Assembly (NCBI RefSeq): GCF_006345805.1
Contig: NC_043009.1
Location: 12,400,001-12,464,000, forward strand
Length of the DNA stretch: 64,000 nucleotides
Direction: 5' to 3'
Source of the DNA: Octopus sinensis
Taxonomy: Eukaryota
The position numbers were made by a program, and so were the translations under genes. Below, piece after piece: positions 51,052-63,004 of this stretch. Every line of letters begins with the position of its first letter. Position 1 is the first letter of the stretch. The notes under the pieces were generated by a model, which had not been told where the DNA came from, ran no database searches, and was given only the letters and a program-made list of their open reading frames with translations.

Positions 51052-51175
51052 CTGAAATCAGTAAGTATATACATATACGTATAAAAGCCAATTCATGTAT
51101 ATATGCATGTATGTCTATATATCCATATATATATCTATGTATATATATATATATGAATAAATGAAAGAATGGAGT

Positions 51176-51236
51176 CTTTTTGATGACTGCCTACATGGTG
51201 TCCACTGTGGACACCATGTAGGCAGTCATCAAAAAG
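51176..51236. repeat. Perfect palindrome, 30-bp arms
   Basis: ctttttgatgactgcctacatggtgtccac-t-gtggacaccatgtaggcagtcatcaaaaag. Confidence 0.95.
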
Positions 51237-51272
51237 TTTTTGTTCGTCTTGAGGCTGATAGAGGTTCATTGT

Positions 51273-51355
51273 CTTTCCTGATGAGAAGACGGCATAATGC
51301 ACCCTTTATTCCTTCGGAATTAAGAGTATGCAGTCTTCGAAACATGTGTTGAGAG
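51273..51355 (+). ncRNA. Type-I hammerhead ribozyme with canonical core and extended stem II
   Basis: CTTTC-CTGATGA-GAAGAC(...)GTCTTC-GAAAC(ATGT)GTT-GAGAG; G10.1-C11.1 intact; predicted cut after 51350. Confidence 0.72.
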
Positions 51356-51770
51356 TAAAGGAATTTTGTTAAAATCTTCGTTCGACTCCATTCTTTCATT
51401 TATTCATATAAAAAAAAATCAAATTTCCACACAAGAACACGGGGTTTCTGCCCTTGGCATGTAGCTTCAACCATGTTTTCTGACGTGAATTTGCTACCCA
51501 GGTATCGATTAACCGAATTATCCATACTAGGATAATTCATTCACCTACTTATATATATATATATATATATATATAGTATGTATGTATATATATATATACA
51601 TATATCTTGATATAGATATATACATATATATTTATATATATAATAATATATATATATATATATAATATATATATATATATCTATATTAATATACATATAT
51701 ATGTATATATATATATATATACATATATCTTGATATAGATATAAACATATATATATATATACATATATAC

Positions 51771-51812
<42 letters not shown>

Positions 51813-52177
51813 CATATTATATATATATATACATATATCTGATATAGATATATACATTATATATGTATATATATATATATATATATATTCATAAATATAT
51901 AATTGTATGACTGAGGGTACACGAAGTACGAGCGCTGCTAAAAATGGGAGACAAGAAATATTCAAATAAGCCACCATTTCACTGATAACTCAACAGGCTG
52001 ACGAAAATCGAAGAACGAGTAAACTTGTACTTACTACTGGGACTGAAAGTCGCAAATGAGGATCACAGATGTACCTATATCATGTGATTTAGAACTTTGA
52101 GATATTTCTCTTAGTTCTCATCAGTCTTGCTGTTGCCATCGGTTAAATTTATACCAATATCGTATTATATTTATATA

Positions 52178-52550
52178 CAAGCAGTATCGCCCGGCGTTGC
52201 TCGGGTTTGTTTCGACCCTTTAGAATTAGAATTTTTGAAAAGTTAAAATTTTACATTATGTAACTTGTTATTCTCTTTAAGTGAACGTTTTTCTGGTTGA
52301 AATACACCGACAAATGGCGACACAGCAGTCAAAAACTAAGGTTTTTCATCGAAAAAAAGCGCCTTTTTCATGTAAATAATTGTTGGTCTTAACATGGTCC
52401 GATTTGAATTTTATCTTCTACGGAATGAAGAGCAAGTCTTCTTCTATCATACTCTCAATTTTGCTCCAACTTATGTCGCGGGGTCTCGGAGGAGATAGTG
52501 TTAGTTGAAGGCTACCAAACCTGCCACACACAGACAACTTCAGCTTTATA
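52178..52550 (-). mobile_element. Non-autonomous Helitron-like element (sister of 38974)
   Basis: gcagtatcgcccggcgttgctcggg hairpin end; acacagacaacttcagctttatata 5' end. Confidence 0.72.
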
Positions 52551-52839
52551 TATATATATATATATATATTATTTTTTACTAAATGCATTATATTGACAAT
52601 TATTTAATCATTTATTTATTTAATCAACTAATTAAAATAAGTAATACTCTTAGTAATTAAGCAGAAACATATGTGGGAAAATTATTTATTTATAAGGAGA
52701 AATAAATTAAGGATTATTATATCAGTTTCCATTGTCTACCTTATTACATTTTCTCGGGACCTACTACATTAAGTATTTTAACTGGATTTAATACTCTGTG
52801 TGGTAAGAACCAAATTTGGGACTGCATTTATATCTACAG

Positions 52840-53030
52840 CAATCTCGAGTATAACCAGCCGAAATTGCAAAGATAATCTGGAACTCTATCGAGGATAGAA
52901 AACTCCGAATGATCCGTACTTGTTTTCCGTGTATCGTCTGTCTGGATATTTTGTTGTCCCTTTTTTTGTTTCACATAACTTTCAGGATGTGTTGCGTTCT
53001 TGTCCCATTTTTGTATTTACACACACACAC
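52840..53030 (+). mobile_element. Penelope-like terminal repeat fragment (inverse of about 1585-1772)
   Basis: aatctcgagtataacc.gccgaaattgcaaagataatctggaactc shared in opposite orientation. Confidence 0.55.
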
Positions 53031-53044
53031 ACACATGTATATAT

Positions 53045-53089
<45 letters not shown>

Positions 53090-53169
53090 TATAAATATTA
53101 GGGAATAAATCCAAATTTACAGGGAAAAAATCAGATTTAGGATTAAATCCAATTTTATAGTAAAATATT

Positions 53170-53442
53170 ATATAATATTAATTCGAGACAAAACCACTAT
53201 TTTGCAAAACAAACAGGAAAGACTTAATCAATACATAAAATTTTTAATATAAAGAAATAAACCGCCACTACAATCGTTTCATGTCTTCAATGACATTCGT
53301 CAGGTGGATTTTCGATCTCCTAATCTGTTTTAATTGTAGACATGAAACGATTGTAGTGGCGGTTTATTTCTTTATATTAACATTTTTATGTATTGATTAA
53401 GTCTTTCCTTGTTTGTTTTGCAAAATAGTGGTTTGTCTCGAA

Positions 53443-53455
<13 letters not shown>
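53170..53455. repeat. Penelope-type inverted repeat, about 117-bp arms
   Basis: 53170-53286 versus 53338-53455. Confidence 0.9.
53265..53307 (-). ncRNA. Type-I hammerhead ribozyme
   Basis: CCAC-CTGACGA-ATGTC(ATTGAA)GACAT-GAAAC(GATT)GTA-GTGG; GUA cleavage triplet at 53269-53271. Confidence 0.7.
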
Positions 53456-53480
<25 letters not shown>

Positions 53481-54143
53481 TATATATATATTATATATAT
53501 ATTATATATATATATAATATATATAATGGGCAACTGAAGAAGGGGAATATTCCTTATGCTGTATGTCTTGTTTCTCTGTTCGAAAAAATGTTCGTTTTCT
53601 ATGTTTTTGTTTTTATGTTTTCGTTTCTCATTGTGTTCAACGTTTTTCTCTGCCCTGTACCATATATTCATGTAAATATACATATATATATAGATATATA
53701 CATACATGTATGTATATACGCATATATTTATATCATATATAAATATATATACATCTTTAAAGACATCTGTTCCAGTGTTTATGTAGAATAAAAAGTATGC
53801 GTATGAGAGTGTATGTGTATAATATGTATGTGTATGAGTGTCTACCCGTAAAGACGTATAAATGCTATTTTGGTTTTGATTTTTTTAATTTAAATTGTGT
53901 AAGAAGATACCAGTTTATATGTCTATATCCTTTTCCCTTAATAAAAACGTGTTTTATGAACATGTGTTCCCGAGGAAGAGCTTCTGTGATGTTTAATGCC
54001 TAGCGTTGTCGGACATTAGAAAGCCTGCAATAAACACAGACATCTCTCTCCGTAAATCTTCGCTCGCGAAGTCAAGCCGAAAGGTTTTTCCACGGAATTT
54101 CTTATCAGTTTGAACTCAGATACTCTTTTACAACACCGATGTT

Positions 54144-54570
54144 GGATCTTTTCGGTTTGAACGGCAGTTTTTAACATAATTTCTAGGGTAACTAAAAAAT
54201 TTTAAACTTCGTATACTGGTAAAATTGTGTTTATAAAACATCTTTTTCTCTTGGCTTTATTGAGAAAATTCTATAGTTTGTAAGATATTTGTTGGATTTT
54301 CTTTTTCTTCAATTTCTGCAATTTCAACCAATCACTGACGTCTATTGAGATAAAAAAAACATTCTGTGCCGTATGAATATGTCCCTCGTTTAAGAAACAG
54401 ATTGGGTTTATTTACAATTCTGAAGAAAAAACGATACCCACCCCTAACCCTAATTAACCCTAACCCTAAAACAGATTGAAATGCAATAGATCGATACTAG
54501 GGTCATTATTATGGGTGACAATTTCATATGACACCGCTAGAAAAAAACTGCCGTTCAACCGAAAAGATCC
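54144..54570. mobile_element. MITE with 8-bp TSD CCGATGTT and internal telomere-like (CCCTAA) repeats
   Basis: TIR ggatcttttcggtt(t)gaacggcagttttt; TSD at 54136-54143 and 54571-54578; CCCTAA x4 at 54442-54469. Confidence 0.88.
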
Positions 54571-54715
54571 CCGATGTTTTCTTAATCAATTTATTTTCAG
54601 CGTTTTCTTTTTATTGCCCCATACATTGTTGCTTTTTTAAAAAAAATTTGTTGAAGAGAAGTGTAGATATTCGTTTGTATGTTTGCATGTGATAATAAAC
54701 AATATCATATAATCT

Positions 54716-55098
54716 GAGTGGCTGTGTGGTAAGTAGCTTGCTTACCTACCACATGGTTCCGGGTTCAGTCCCACCGCGTGGCACCTTGGGCAAGTGTCTT
54801 CTACTATAGCCTCGGGCCAACCAAAGCCTTGTGAGTGGATTTGGTAGACGGAAACTGAAAGAAGTCCGTCGTATATATATATATGCGTGTGTGTTTGTGT
54901 CTCTGTGTTTGTCCCCCTAGTATTGCTTGACAACCGATGCTGGTGTGTTTATGTCCCCGTCACTTAGCGGTTCGGCAAAAAGAGACCGATAGAATAAGTA
55001 CTGGGCTTACAAAGAATAAGTCCCGGGGTCGAGTTGCTCGATTAAAGGTGGTGCTCCAGCATGGCCGCAGTCAAATGACTGAAACAAGTAAAAGAGAG
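54716..55098 (+). mobile_element. SINE family A
   Basis: Head-to-tail match. Confidence 0.9.
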
Positions 55099-55118
55099 CC
55101 TGAAATGCATCATCGATT

Positions 55119-55260
55119 TTATTTTATTTTTTTCTTTGTATTTCCAAATGCTTGGATAGTATTAAAAAAGACCGTTCTTTCGCCTTCCTTTATTTCTTTA
55201 GCATCATCAACGATGCCAAAATTAAAGGACAAAGATAGCGCTCTTGTAAATGTCTCCTCC
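55119..55260 (-). CDS. Candidate alternative terminal exon of paralog 3 (...LSFNFGIVDDAKEIKEGERTVFFNTIQAFGNTKKKIK*)
   Basis: FNFGIVDDA resembles FQVGVWEQA; GER-x6-QAF shared with the 50928 exon; acceptor weak and uncertain. Confidence 0.35.
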
Positions 55261-55388
55261 CTATATGTGTGTGTGTGTGCTCGAGTTTATATTTATGTGT
55301 GTATACTTCCAACTATATATGCGCGCCTGTATCTGTATAAGTATTCGGGTATAAATATAAGCAATTAGGTATGTGTTTATATATGTGA

Positions 55389-55764
55389 GGAGGGGCAATG
55401 GCCCAGTGGTTAGGGCAGCGGACTCGCGGTCATAGGATCGCGGTTTCGATTCCCAGACCGGGCGTTGTGAGTGTTTATTGAGCGAAAACACCTAAAAGCT
55501 CCACGAGGTTCCGGCAGAGGATGGTGGTGATCCCTGCTGTACTCTTTCACCACAACTTTCTCTCACTCTTACTTCCTGTTTCTGTTGTCCTGTATTTCAA
55601 AGGGCCGGCCTTGTCACTCTCTGTGTCACGCTGAATATCCCAGAGAACTACGTTAAGGGTGCACGTGTCTGTGGAGTGCTCAGTCACTTACACGTTAATT
55701 TCACGAGCAGGCTGTTCCATTGATTCGGATCAACCGGAACCCTCGTCGTCGTAACCGACGGAGT
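55389..55764 (+). mobile_element. SINE family B (tail variant 4)
   Basis: Near-identical to 57758-58135. Confidence 0.9.
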
Positions 55765-56011
55765 ACTTCCCATATATGTGAATAGGTGTTTTGTGCGTAT
55801 TTGTGTGTTCACTTTTATATTATCATCTTTCTATCTGCAACCAAATTTTATTTAAACATTCATTGCTAGTAAACATATTTCTCGACGTGGTAGAAATAAT
55901 AGCGAAATCTCATTCAAATGATACCTCGTTATTGTTTTTAAAAAAAACCGACGAACACTTGGTATACTATAATCGTAGATATTCTATGTTTCAATACAGA
56001 TGAGATTATAA

Positions 56012-56428
56012 CTCTTTACTCTCTTTTACTCTTTTACTTGTTTCAGTCATTTGACTGCGGCCATGCTGGAGCACCGCCTTTAATCGAGCAACTCGACCCC
56101 GGGACTTATTCTTTTCTGTAAGCCCAGTACTTATTCTATCGGTCTCTTTTGCCGAACCGCTAAGTGACGGGGATATAAACACACCAGCATCGGTTGTCAA
56201 GCAATGCTAGGGGGACAAACACAGATACACAAACACACACACAAATATATACATATACATATATACGACGGGCTTCTTTCAGTTTCCGTCTACCAAATCC
56301 ACTCACAAGGCTTTGGTCGGCCCGAGGCTATAGTAGCAGACACTTGCCCAAGGTGCCACGCAGTGGGACTGAACCCGGAACTATGTGGTTGGTAAACAAG
56401 CTACTTACCACACAGCCACTCCTGCGCC
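56012..56428 (-). mobile_element. SINE family A, full length
   Basis: Head-to-tail match. Confidence 0.92.
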
Positions 56429-56555
56429 TATAACAAGTGCAAATGTCTCAGTAATATACTGATTTCATCAGAGTTGATCGTTACTAAATAGTAAGAATAG
56501 CATTTATTTTTATTCGAATAATTCCTCCCTAAACTTCAATTTTAGGTTGAATATA

Positions 56556-56965
<410 letters not shown>

Positions 56966-57169
56966 TGCTCAATCGGTATTTATTTTGTCAATCCCCGGAA
57001 CAATGAAAGGCAAAGTCGACCCCGGTGGCATTTGAACTCAGAACGTAAAGACGAAGGCATTATCGCTAAGCATTTTTCCTGGTGCGACATCGATTTTGCG
57101 AGCTTGCCGACGAATATGTATTAATTGTGAATATGGAATGAGAGTTTGTTAGAATGCTTCAATACTTAC

Positions 57170-57248
57170 AACAAAGCTCCAGAATTGTTTCGAATAGTTT
57201 CCAGTGTAAGTTGATCTAAAATTTCACACACCATTTTCATCACGCCTT
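57170..57248 (-). CDS. Paralog 3 exon homologous to exon 6: GVMKMVCEILDQLTLETIRNNSGAL
   Basis: ttcacag| and |gtaagt; 79 nt, phase 1 to 2. Confidence 0.88.
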
Positions 57249-57757
57249 CTGTGAATAAATTATACAAAATACTCAGATATAACTTTATACTAAGGTAAAT
57301 AATGTCGACAGGTGAACGTTTGCTAAATAAAAAAATAGTTTTTGACTTGACACACTTCTCATATGAACTTCTTAGAAAAGGGTTTCGACGCTAGATCCCT
57401 TCCCCAGATATATGTGGGCCCAAAACATGAAATGATTATCGAAGGGTAATAGAACCATTGAATATATACATAGCGCTTGTGTATTTCAGAGATCTGATAT
57501 GCTCCAAAACAAGACAAGTTCACATCGAAAGTCGAGTTTCGGCTCAAGTTTTCTGATTGAATTACTCTCGCGATTCCAAGACTTACCTGGCTGTTCGTTC
57601 CCATCAACTCTTTGACTGCGGCCAGCCGTTGGCATATCTTCCTAAATATGCGAACTGGTATTTTAAGCGTCAAACAACATACATATTAGCAATAAACGAG
57701 GGATAGGCTTCTCTTTATACTAAATTATTATTAAAATATGCATATATGAGAATGTGT

Positions 57758-58135
57758 GGAGGCGCAATGGCCCAGTGGTTAGGGCAGCGGACTCGTGGTC
57801 ATAGGATCGCGGTTTCGATTCCCAGACCGGGCGTTGCGAGTGTTTATTGAGCGAAAACACCTAGAAGCTCCACGAGGCTCCGGCAGGGGATGGTGGTGAT
57901 CCCTGCTGTACTCTTTCACCACAACTTTCTCTCACTCTTACTTCCTGTTTCTGTTGTACCTGTATTTCAAAGGACCGGCCTTGTCACTCTCTGTGTCACG
58001 CTGAATATCCCCGAAAACTACGTTAAGGGTACACGTGTCTGTGGAGTGCTCAGCCACTTACACGTTAATTTCACGAGCAGGCTGTTTCGTTGATTCGGAT
58101 CAACCGGAACCCTCGTCGTCGTAACCGACGGAGTG
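57758..58135 (+). mobile_element. SINE family B (tail variant 4)
   Basis: Near-identical to 55389-55764. Confidence 0.9.
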
Positions 58136-58530
58136 AAAAGAAGAAGATATGTGTATGTATGTCTATATGTATTTTGGCAGTTGCGTTCTTGTGCGTATGT
58201 ATATTTGTATGTATCTGCGTGGGGGTATAATTGTATAAATAAAAAGCTGTTATTACATATGTTATTTTTATTGTATATATCTAGTGGGGTTTTAATTCCA
58301 GATTATGGTTATTAAATTCCATGTACTATGAGTAAAATTGGTATCTGTTATTCACAACATGTTGCCTAATTAGTTGTAAACTACTATATCTCTCTCTTCC
58401 TACCGATCAAAGTAAATATTCACACCTGATGAGCTGGCAATGACCAAGTGAAACCATTCCGCAGAGAGCGAGAGAGGTAGCGAGCTAGAGACAAGAGTGT
58501 ATGTTTGCAGAGCGAGATTAAATGTTTATA

Positions 58531-58813
58531 TTGGGTTGTCCGGAAAGTTCGTGCCGATTTTTAAAGGAAAGAAAAAGGTCAATAAATACTTGCCATTACA
58601 TTTTTAATTGACCAAATATGAAGTATTTTGTTGCACAATGCGTCTCCATCTTTCCTTTAACTTGAAAATACCTTCTTCCCAGAATTGAGGTAGTTTCATG
58701 GCAAAGAATTCATCAAGGTATCTTTTTACGTTATCCAAGGAATTGAAATTTTTACCATTAAGACTATTCTGCAGAGACCTGAATAATCGGCATGAACTTT
58801 CCGGACAACCCAA
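58531..58813 (-). mobile_element. mariner deletion derivative (283 bp, TA-flanked TIRs)
   Basis: TIR ttgggttgtccggaaagttcgtgccgatt; retains LFRSLQNSLNGK...WRRIVQQN. Confidence 0.9.
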
Positions 58814-59029
58814 TAAAACGCAGATAAACGTGAAAATGTGGTATTTTAGCAAAGAGGATTTCCGAACTGAGACCAAATTACAAAATAAATCTTACACCAT
58901 ATGGAATCTCGCGAGTACTATCGCGGCTGATATTGATAACAACACCAACAACACTACTAATACCAATACAAGCAGTACTATGACATATAAATAATAAAAT
59001 AAATGCGCCCTTTTTAAAGCCTAGCCAGG

Positions 59030-59230
59030 CCCATGGGCCCGGTTTCTATGGCGTATGTGTTCCCCAGCTGGACGGGACGTCAGTCCATCGCAGCGTTACT
59101 CATTTTTGCCAGCTGAGTGGAATGAAGTGTTTTGCTCAAGAACACAACGCATCGCCCGGTCCAGAAATCGAAACCACAATCTTACGATCATAATGCTGAC
59201 ACCTTAACCACGAAGCCACGCGCCTCCACA
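59030..59230 (-). mobile_element. tRNA-derived SINE related to family B (tail resembling 12745)
   Basis: Reverse complement tgtggaggcgcgtggcttcgtggttaagg...ggtttcgatttc. Confidence 0.7.
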
Positions 59231-59770
59231 CTACGACATAAATAGGTTATTTGTGACGACGCAGGTACTCTTCTCATTTCACTTGAATGCTGTAAAAGGT
59301 CAGCAACTGATCGAAGTATTTTTCTTGTTTTTTGTTGTTGGTTGTTTTTGGTTTTTTGGGGTTTTTTTTTGTAGGGGTGTATTTTATCATGAAGAGAAAC
59401 ATTGCTTGGCGCAATGTGGCATTCTTAATGCTATACGTGTAAAGTCGTCACAAAAGAGTGACACAGGCCGAAAAACTCAATGATAACACCGAATCATTAA
59501 TGTTTGACTAATTTCCAGGGCTCAGATTTGTTCCACAGGGAAGTTCACTCTCTTGTAATGAATATGTATATAGCACTAATCATTTTCTTATTTACTGTGA
59601 CTAATTAAGAAATATCCTGCAATATACCATGTTTATTATAACGATCTAATATTAATTATGATTTATTCATTTGTTAATTAGGTGGTTCATTGATACATAG
59701 TATAAATTAATCATATAATTAATTAGTCTTAGTAAAAATTAATAATGAAAGGATTAGTTCTTAAACTTAC

Positions 59771-59932
59771 CAAAACTTATAGTACCATTTTCCATTTCTA
59801 TATTAGGCTGGCAAAATACCAGTTTCCGAATTCTATAATTACTCTTAAGCTGGTGGCAAATATAGAATCTCTTGCATCTTCTTACTGTAGAATATTTTAA
59901 ATTCTTTCCATTTGGTATATTACAAATTACGT
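59771..59932 (-). CDS. Paralog 3 exon homologous to exon 5: VICNIP...RRCKRFYIC...FCQP..EMENGTISF
   Basis: ttaaacag| and |gtaagt; phase 1-1; 4 Cys aligned with 36119-36277. Confidence 0.85.
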
Positions 59933-60539
59933 CTGTTTAACCATGATTGCGAGAGGAGAAAAGACAAATGGGCAGTTTTAAGATTTCTTATATATAAAAA
60001 CACAAATATGTGGCGGGTAGCAGCGTTAAGCTGTGACGTATATAAGCATAAGGTTATAACCAGTTCAAATATGCTTGGGGCTTATTCGAACCTCAAGAAA
60101 GCCATTCACTGTATTTTGTCATGGAGAAAATTTCTCGCTGTTGACAAATAGTGTAAAATACACCTAAACTCAGGTCGCAGCACGACCTAGTCAGACTATG
60201 AGAGACAAGCAATTCGGAGTGCTTATCTCCTCTTCAGTTACAGACACCGAATAAGGTGGGTTGCGAACTGGTAAGAGAGATTGTGTCTCTTATAGTATTC
60301 TCTTCATCATTCAATGACTGGTAGCGCTAATCAGCGGCTCACCGAGAACAATTTACAGTGTGGCAACGCTAAGCAGCGATACCAACTTGCTTATATTCCA
60401 GACGGCAGGAGACGGCTGTAACAGCATTTTGAACACTGAACACTCCTCACCAAACACTGGTTCAAGAACAGTAGAGAGAAGTGGTGAGACAATGAGAGGC
60501 GAAAGACAATGAGAGATGTGGGAAGGTGAGAGATAGGAG

Positions 60540-61048
60540 AACATCAGAACTGGTTGAGAAAATTCACAATTGTTTGGATGAAGACAGTCGTATGTTTATA
60601 ATGAACATAAATATCAGTTTGGAGTTGGCAAGGCAACTGTACACAGGATAATTTATGTAGATCTGAACATGCACAAAATTTGTGCAGAGTCTGTTTCCAA
60701 GATGCTTAGAAGCAAATATCCTGGTAACCAACTACTTGACAGAGTTGGGTATCAAATTTGTCCCTCACCCACCCTGCAGCCCAGATCACGCTCCTTGTGA
60801 CTTTTGTTCTCCAAACTGAAGGAGAATCTCGGAGACAGTCGCTTTGAGGACATTGAGAAGATGAAGGAGGCTGTGACAAAGGTCCTGGACATTTTCAATA
60901 TGGAGAACTTCAATGAGACCTGCATGAAGTTGCTGGAGCACTAAAACAAAATGGGTCCTACTTTGAAGGAGATTAGACATTTGTACTTCTTTGAAATTAA
61001 TGGATGTCTCACTGAAACATCGGAAAACTTCTAGAATGCATCTTGTAC
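60540..61048 (+). mobile_element. mariner remnant
   Basis: HPPCSPDHAPCDF, KLKENLG..RFEDIEKMKEAVT motifs. Confidence 0.72.
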
Positions 61049-61301
61049 AACGCTAAAATATTCTTCGAATATAAGAATACATTCTTATATAGAATGATTG
61101 AATTAGTTTCATTTATGGCGCATTGAGTAATTTAGGTATAACAACAAGCTGGAATATGAAGCGACGAGAAGTAGCTTAGGAATCTAATCAATTTTGAAAC
61201 ACAGCTAAAAGATCATTGCTCTTGTTGTTATAGTTTTTGTCATTTCTTTCCTTTTCTTTTTCGTCTTGGAGTGTATGATCGAACAGAGATATCTTGCGTT
61301 A

Positions 61302-61343
<42 letters not shown>

Positions 61344-61507
61344 CTCTCTTTCTTTCTTTCTTACATACTAATCCAAGATTGATTAATCTAAGTACCTGAC
61401 AAAGTACTGAAGACACAATCAACGACTAATACAGGCGAAAGGTGTGATGAAGTCTATTGACTGAAACTAGTGAAATAGAAGAATGAAAATATTGTGCATT
61501 AACTTAC

Positions 61508-61654
61508 TACAATCCTTGATATATTCCGACCTTAGACACATTAATAGATTATCATAAACAGGAACGAGTCCGCTTCTAACCCGGGCGCATCGATAGCTGA
61601 CATTTGTTGTTTTGAAGCCTTGACCCGCGTCTTCCTTCGTTGTACAAGAAATAT
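61508..61654 (-). CDS. Paralog 3 exon homologous to exon 4: ISCTTKEDAG...TNVSYRCAR...LMC...KDC
   Basis: ttaaacag| and |gtaagt; phase 1-1; first 20 nt 19/20 identical to exon 4. Confidence 0.85.
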
Positions 61655-61807
61655 CTGTTTAAGAGATTCTAATTAATACAATAAGATAATATTGATTTTG
61701 CGCATTTATATTTAGAGCGACATTATTTTGTGGAGTGGAACCCAGCCATATACACACTGAATTACAGGAACATTCTGCATTATGTATGAATATTAGTTAG
61801 ATGAAAG

Positions 61808-62030
61808 CGACGAGCTGGCAGAACCGTTAGCACGCCCGGCAAAATACTTAGCTGCATTCTGTTCGGCTTCACGGTCTGAGTTCAAATTTCGCCGAGGTCG
61901 ACTTTTGAAATTTATCCTCTCGGGGTCGATGAAATAAATACCAGTTGAAAATATTGGGTTCGATGTAATCGACTTAGCCCCACCCCACCCTCGAAATTAC
62001 CGGCCTTGTGCGAAATTTTGAAACCAATAT
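61808..62030 (+). mobile_element. SINE family C
   Basis: gcgacgagctggcagaaccgttagcacg...gagttcaaatttcgccgaggtcgac. Confidence 0.8.
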
Positions 62031-62437
62031 TTTTTACATGCTTCCACAAAGACCGTCATATTTAATTTCCTCAAGTGTATAGACGAAATCAGCACCCGCA
62101 TGGAAATGAAAGCCGGTTCCAATAAATTGCTCACACATCTTGCCGTGGCACGAAATATGGAATTATGACTAAGGCAATTTTTTAACATGAAAAATTGCTT
62201 AATTTCAACCTTATTTTCATACATCTTTAACCTTACTTTTTGACTGTATCGACAGATTTTGACCTCATTTTAACTTAATTATTCTTAGCAAATCCATAAA
62301 CATTAAAGTTTCCTATAAATCCAATTCTTTGCAGATTGAGATTACTGATGGATATATTCATACACATACACACATACGTGTGTGTGTGTGTGTTTGTGTG
62401 TGTAATTTCTTTTTCTAATAAACGAATTCAATTTTTA

Positions 62438-63004
62438 TTGGGTTGTCCGGAAAGTTCGTGCCGATTTATAGTAGCTTAAATTTCGACTTATTTTAGAACA
62501 TGGTTGAGTCCATAAAATAGGATTTGACTACACCTCCATTTAGAGCACAGTTTAAGCTATCTTTTCGTGGAAGAAGGTTTATATTCCTTATAACCTGTGT
62601 TAATTCTGTAACCCTTTAAAATAGAAGATAAGAAAGTTAATTTTCTGCACTTGATGCTTTGGGAACCAGACAAAAATTGCTGCAGCTCGGCTGGGATGTG
62701 TTACCCCACACTCCATATTCACCAGATATTGCTCCTTCGGATTTCCACTTATTCAGGTCTCTGCAGAATAGTCATAATGGTAAAAATTTCAATTCCTTGC
62801 ATGATGTAAAAAGATACTTTGATGAATTCTTTGCCCTGAAACCACCTCAATTCAGGTAAGAGGGTATTTTCAAGTTAAAAGAAAGATGGAGACGCATTGT
62901 GCAACAAAATGCTTCATATTTGGTTGATTAAAAATGTAATGGCAAGTATTTATTGACCTTTTTCTTTCCTTTAAAAATCGGCACGAACTTTCCGGACCAC
63001 CCAA
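62438..63004 (+). mobile_element. mariner deletion derivative (567 bp), same family as 58531
   Basis: Same TA-flanked TIRs; HTPYSPDIAPSDFHLFRSLQ. Confidence 0.92.

Noticed and set aside
57587-57654. Minus-strand candidate exon RIFRKICQRL... resembling exon 6
   Set aside because: The true exon 6 homolog is at 57170-57248, and this segment ends in phase 0, which breaks the frame
58425-58465. CTGATGA...GAAAC hammerhead-like string (similar weak cases near 13425 and 34010)
   Set aside because: Stems I and II cannot be paired convincingly
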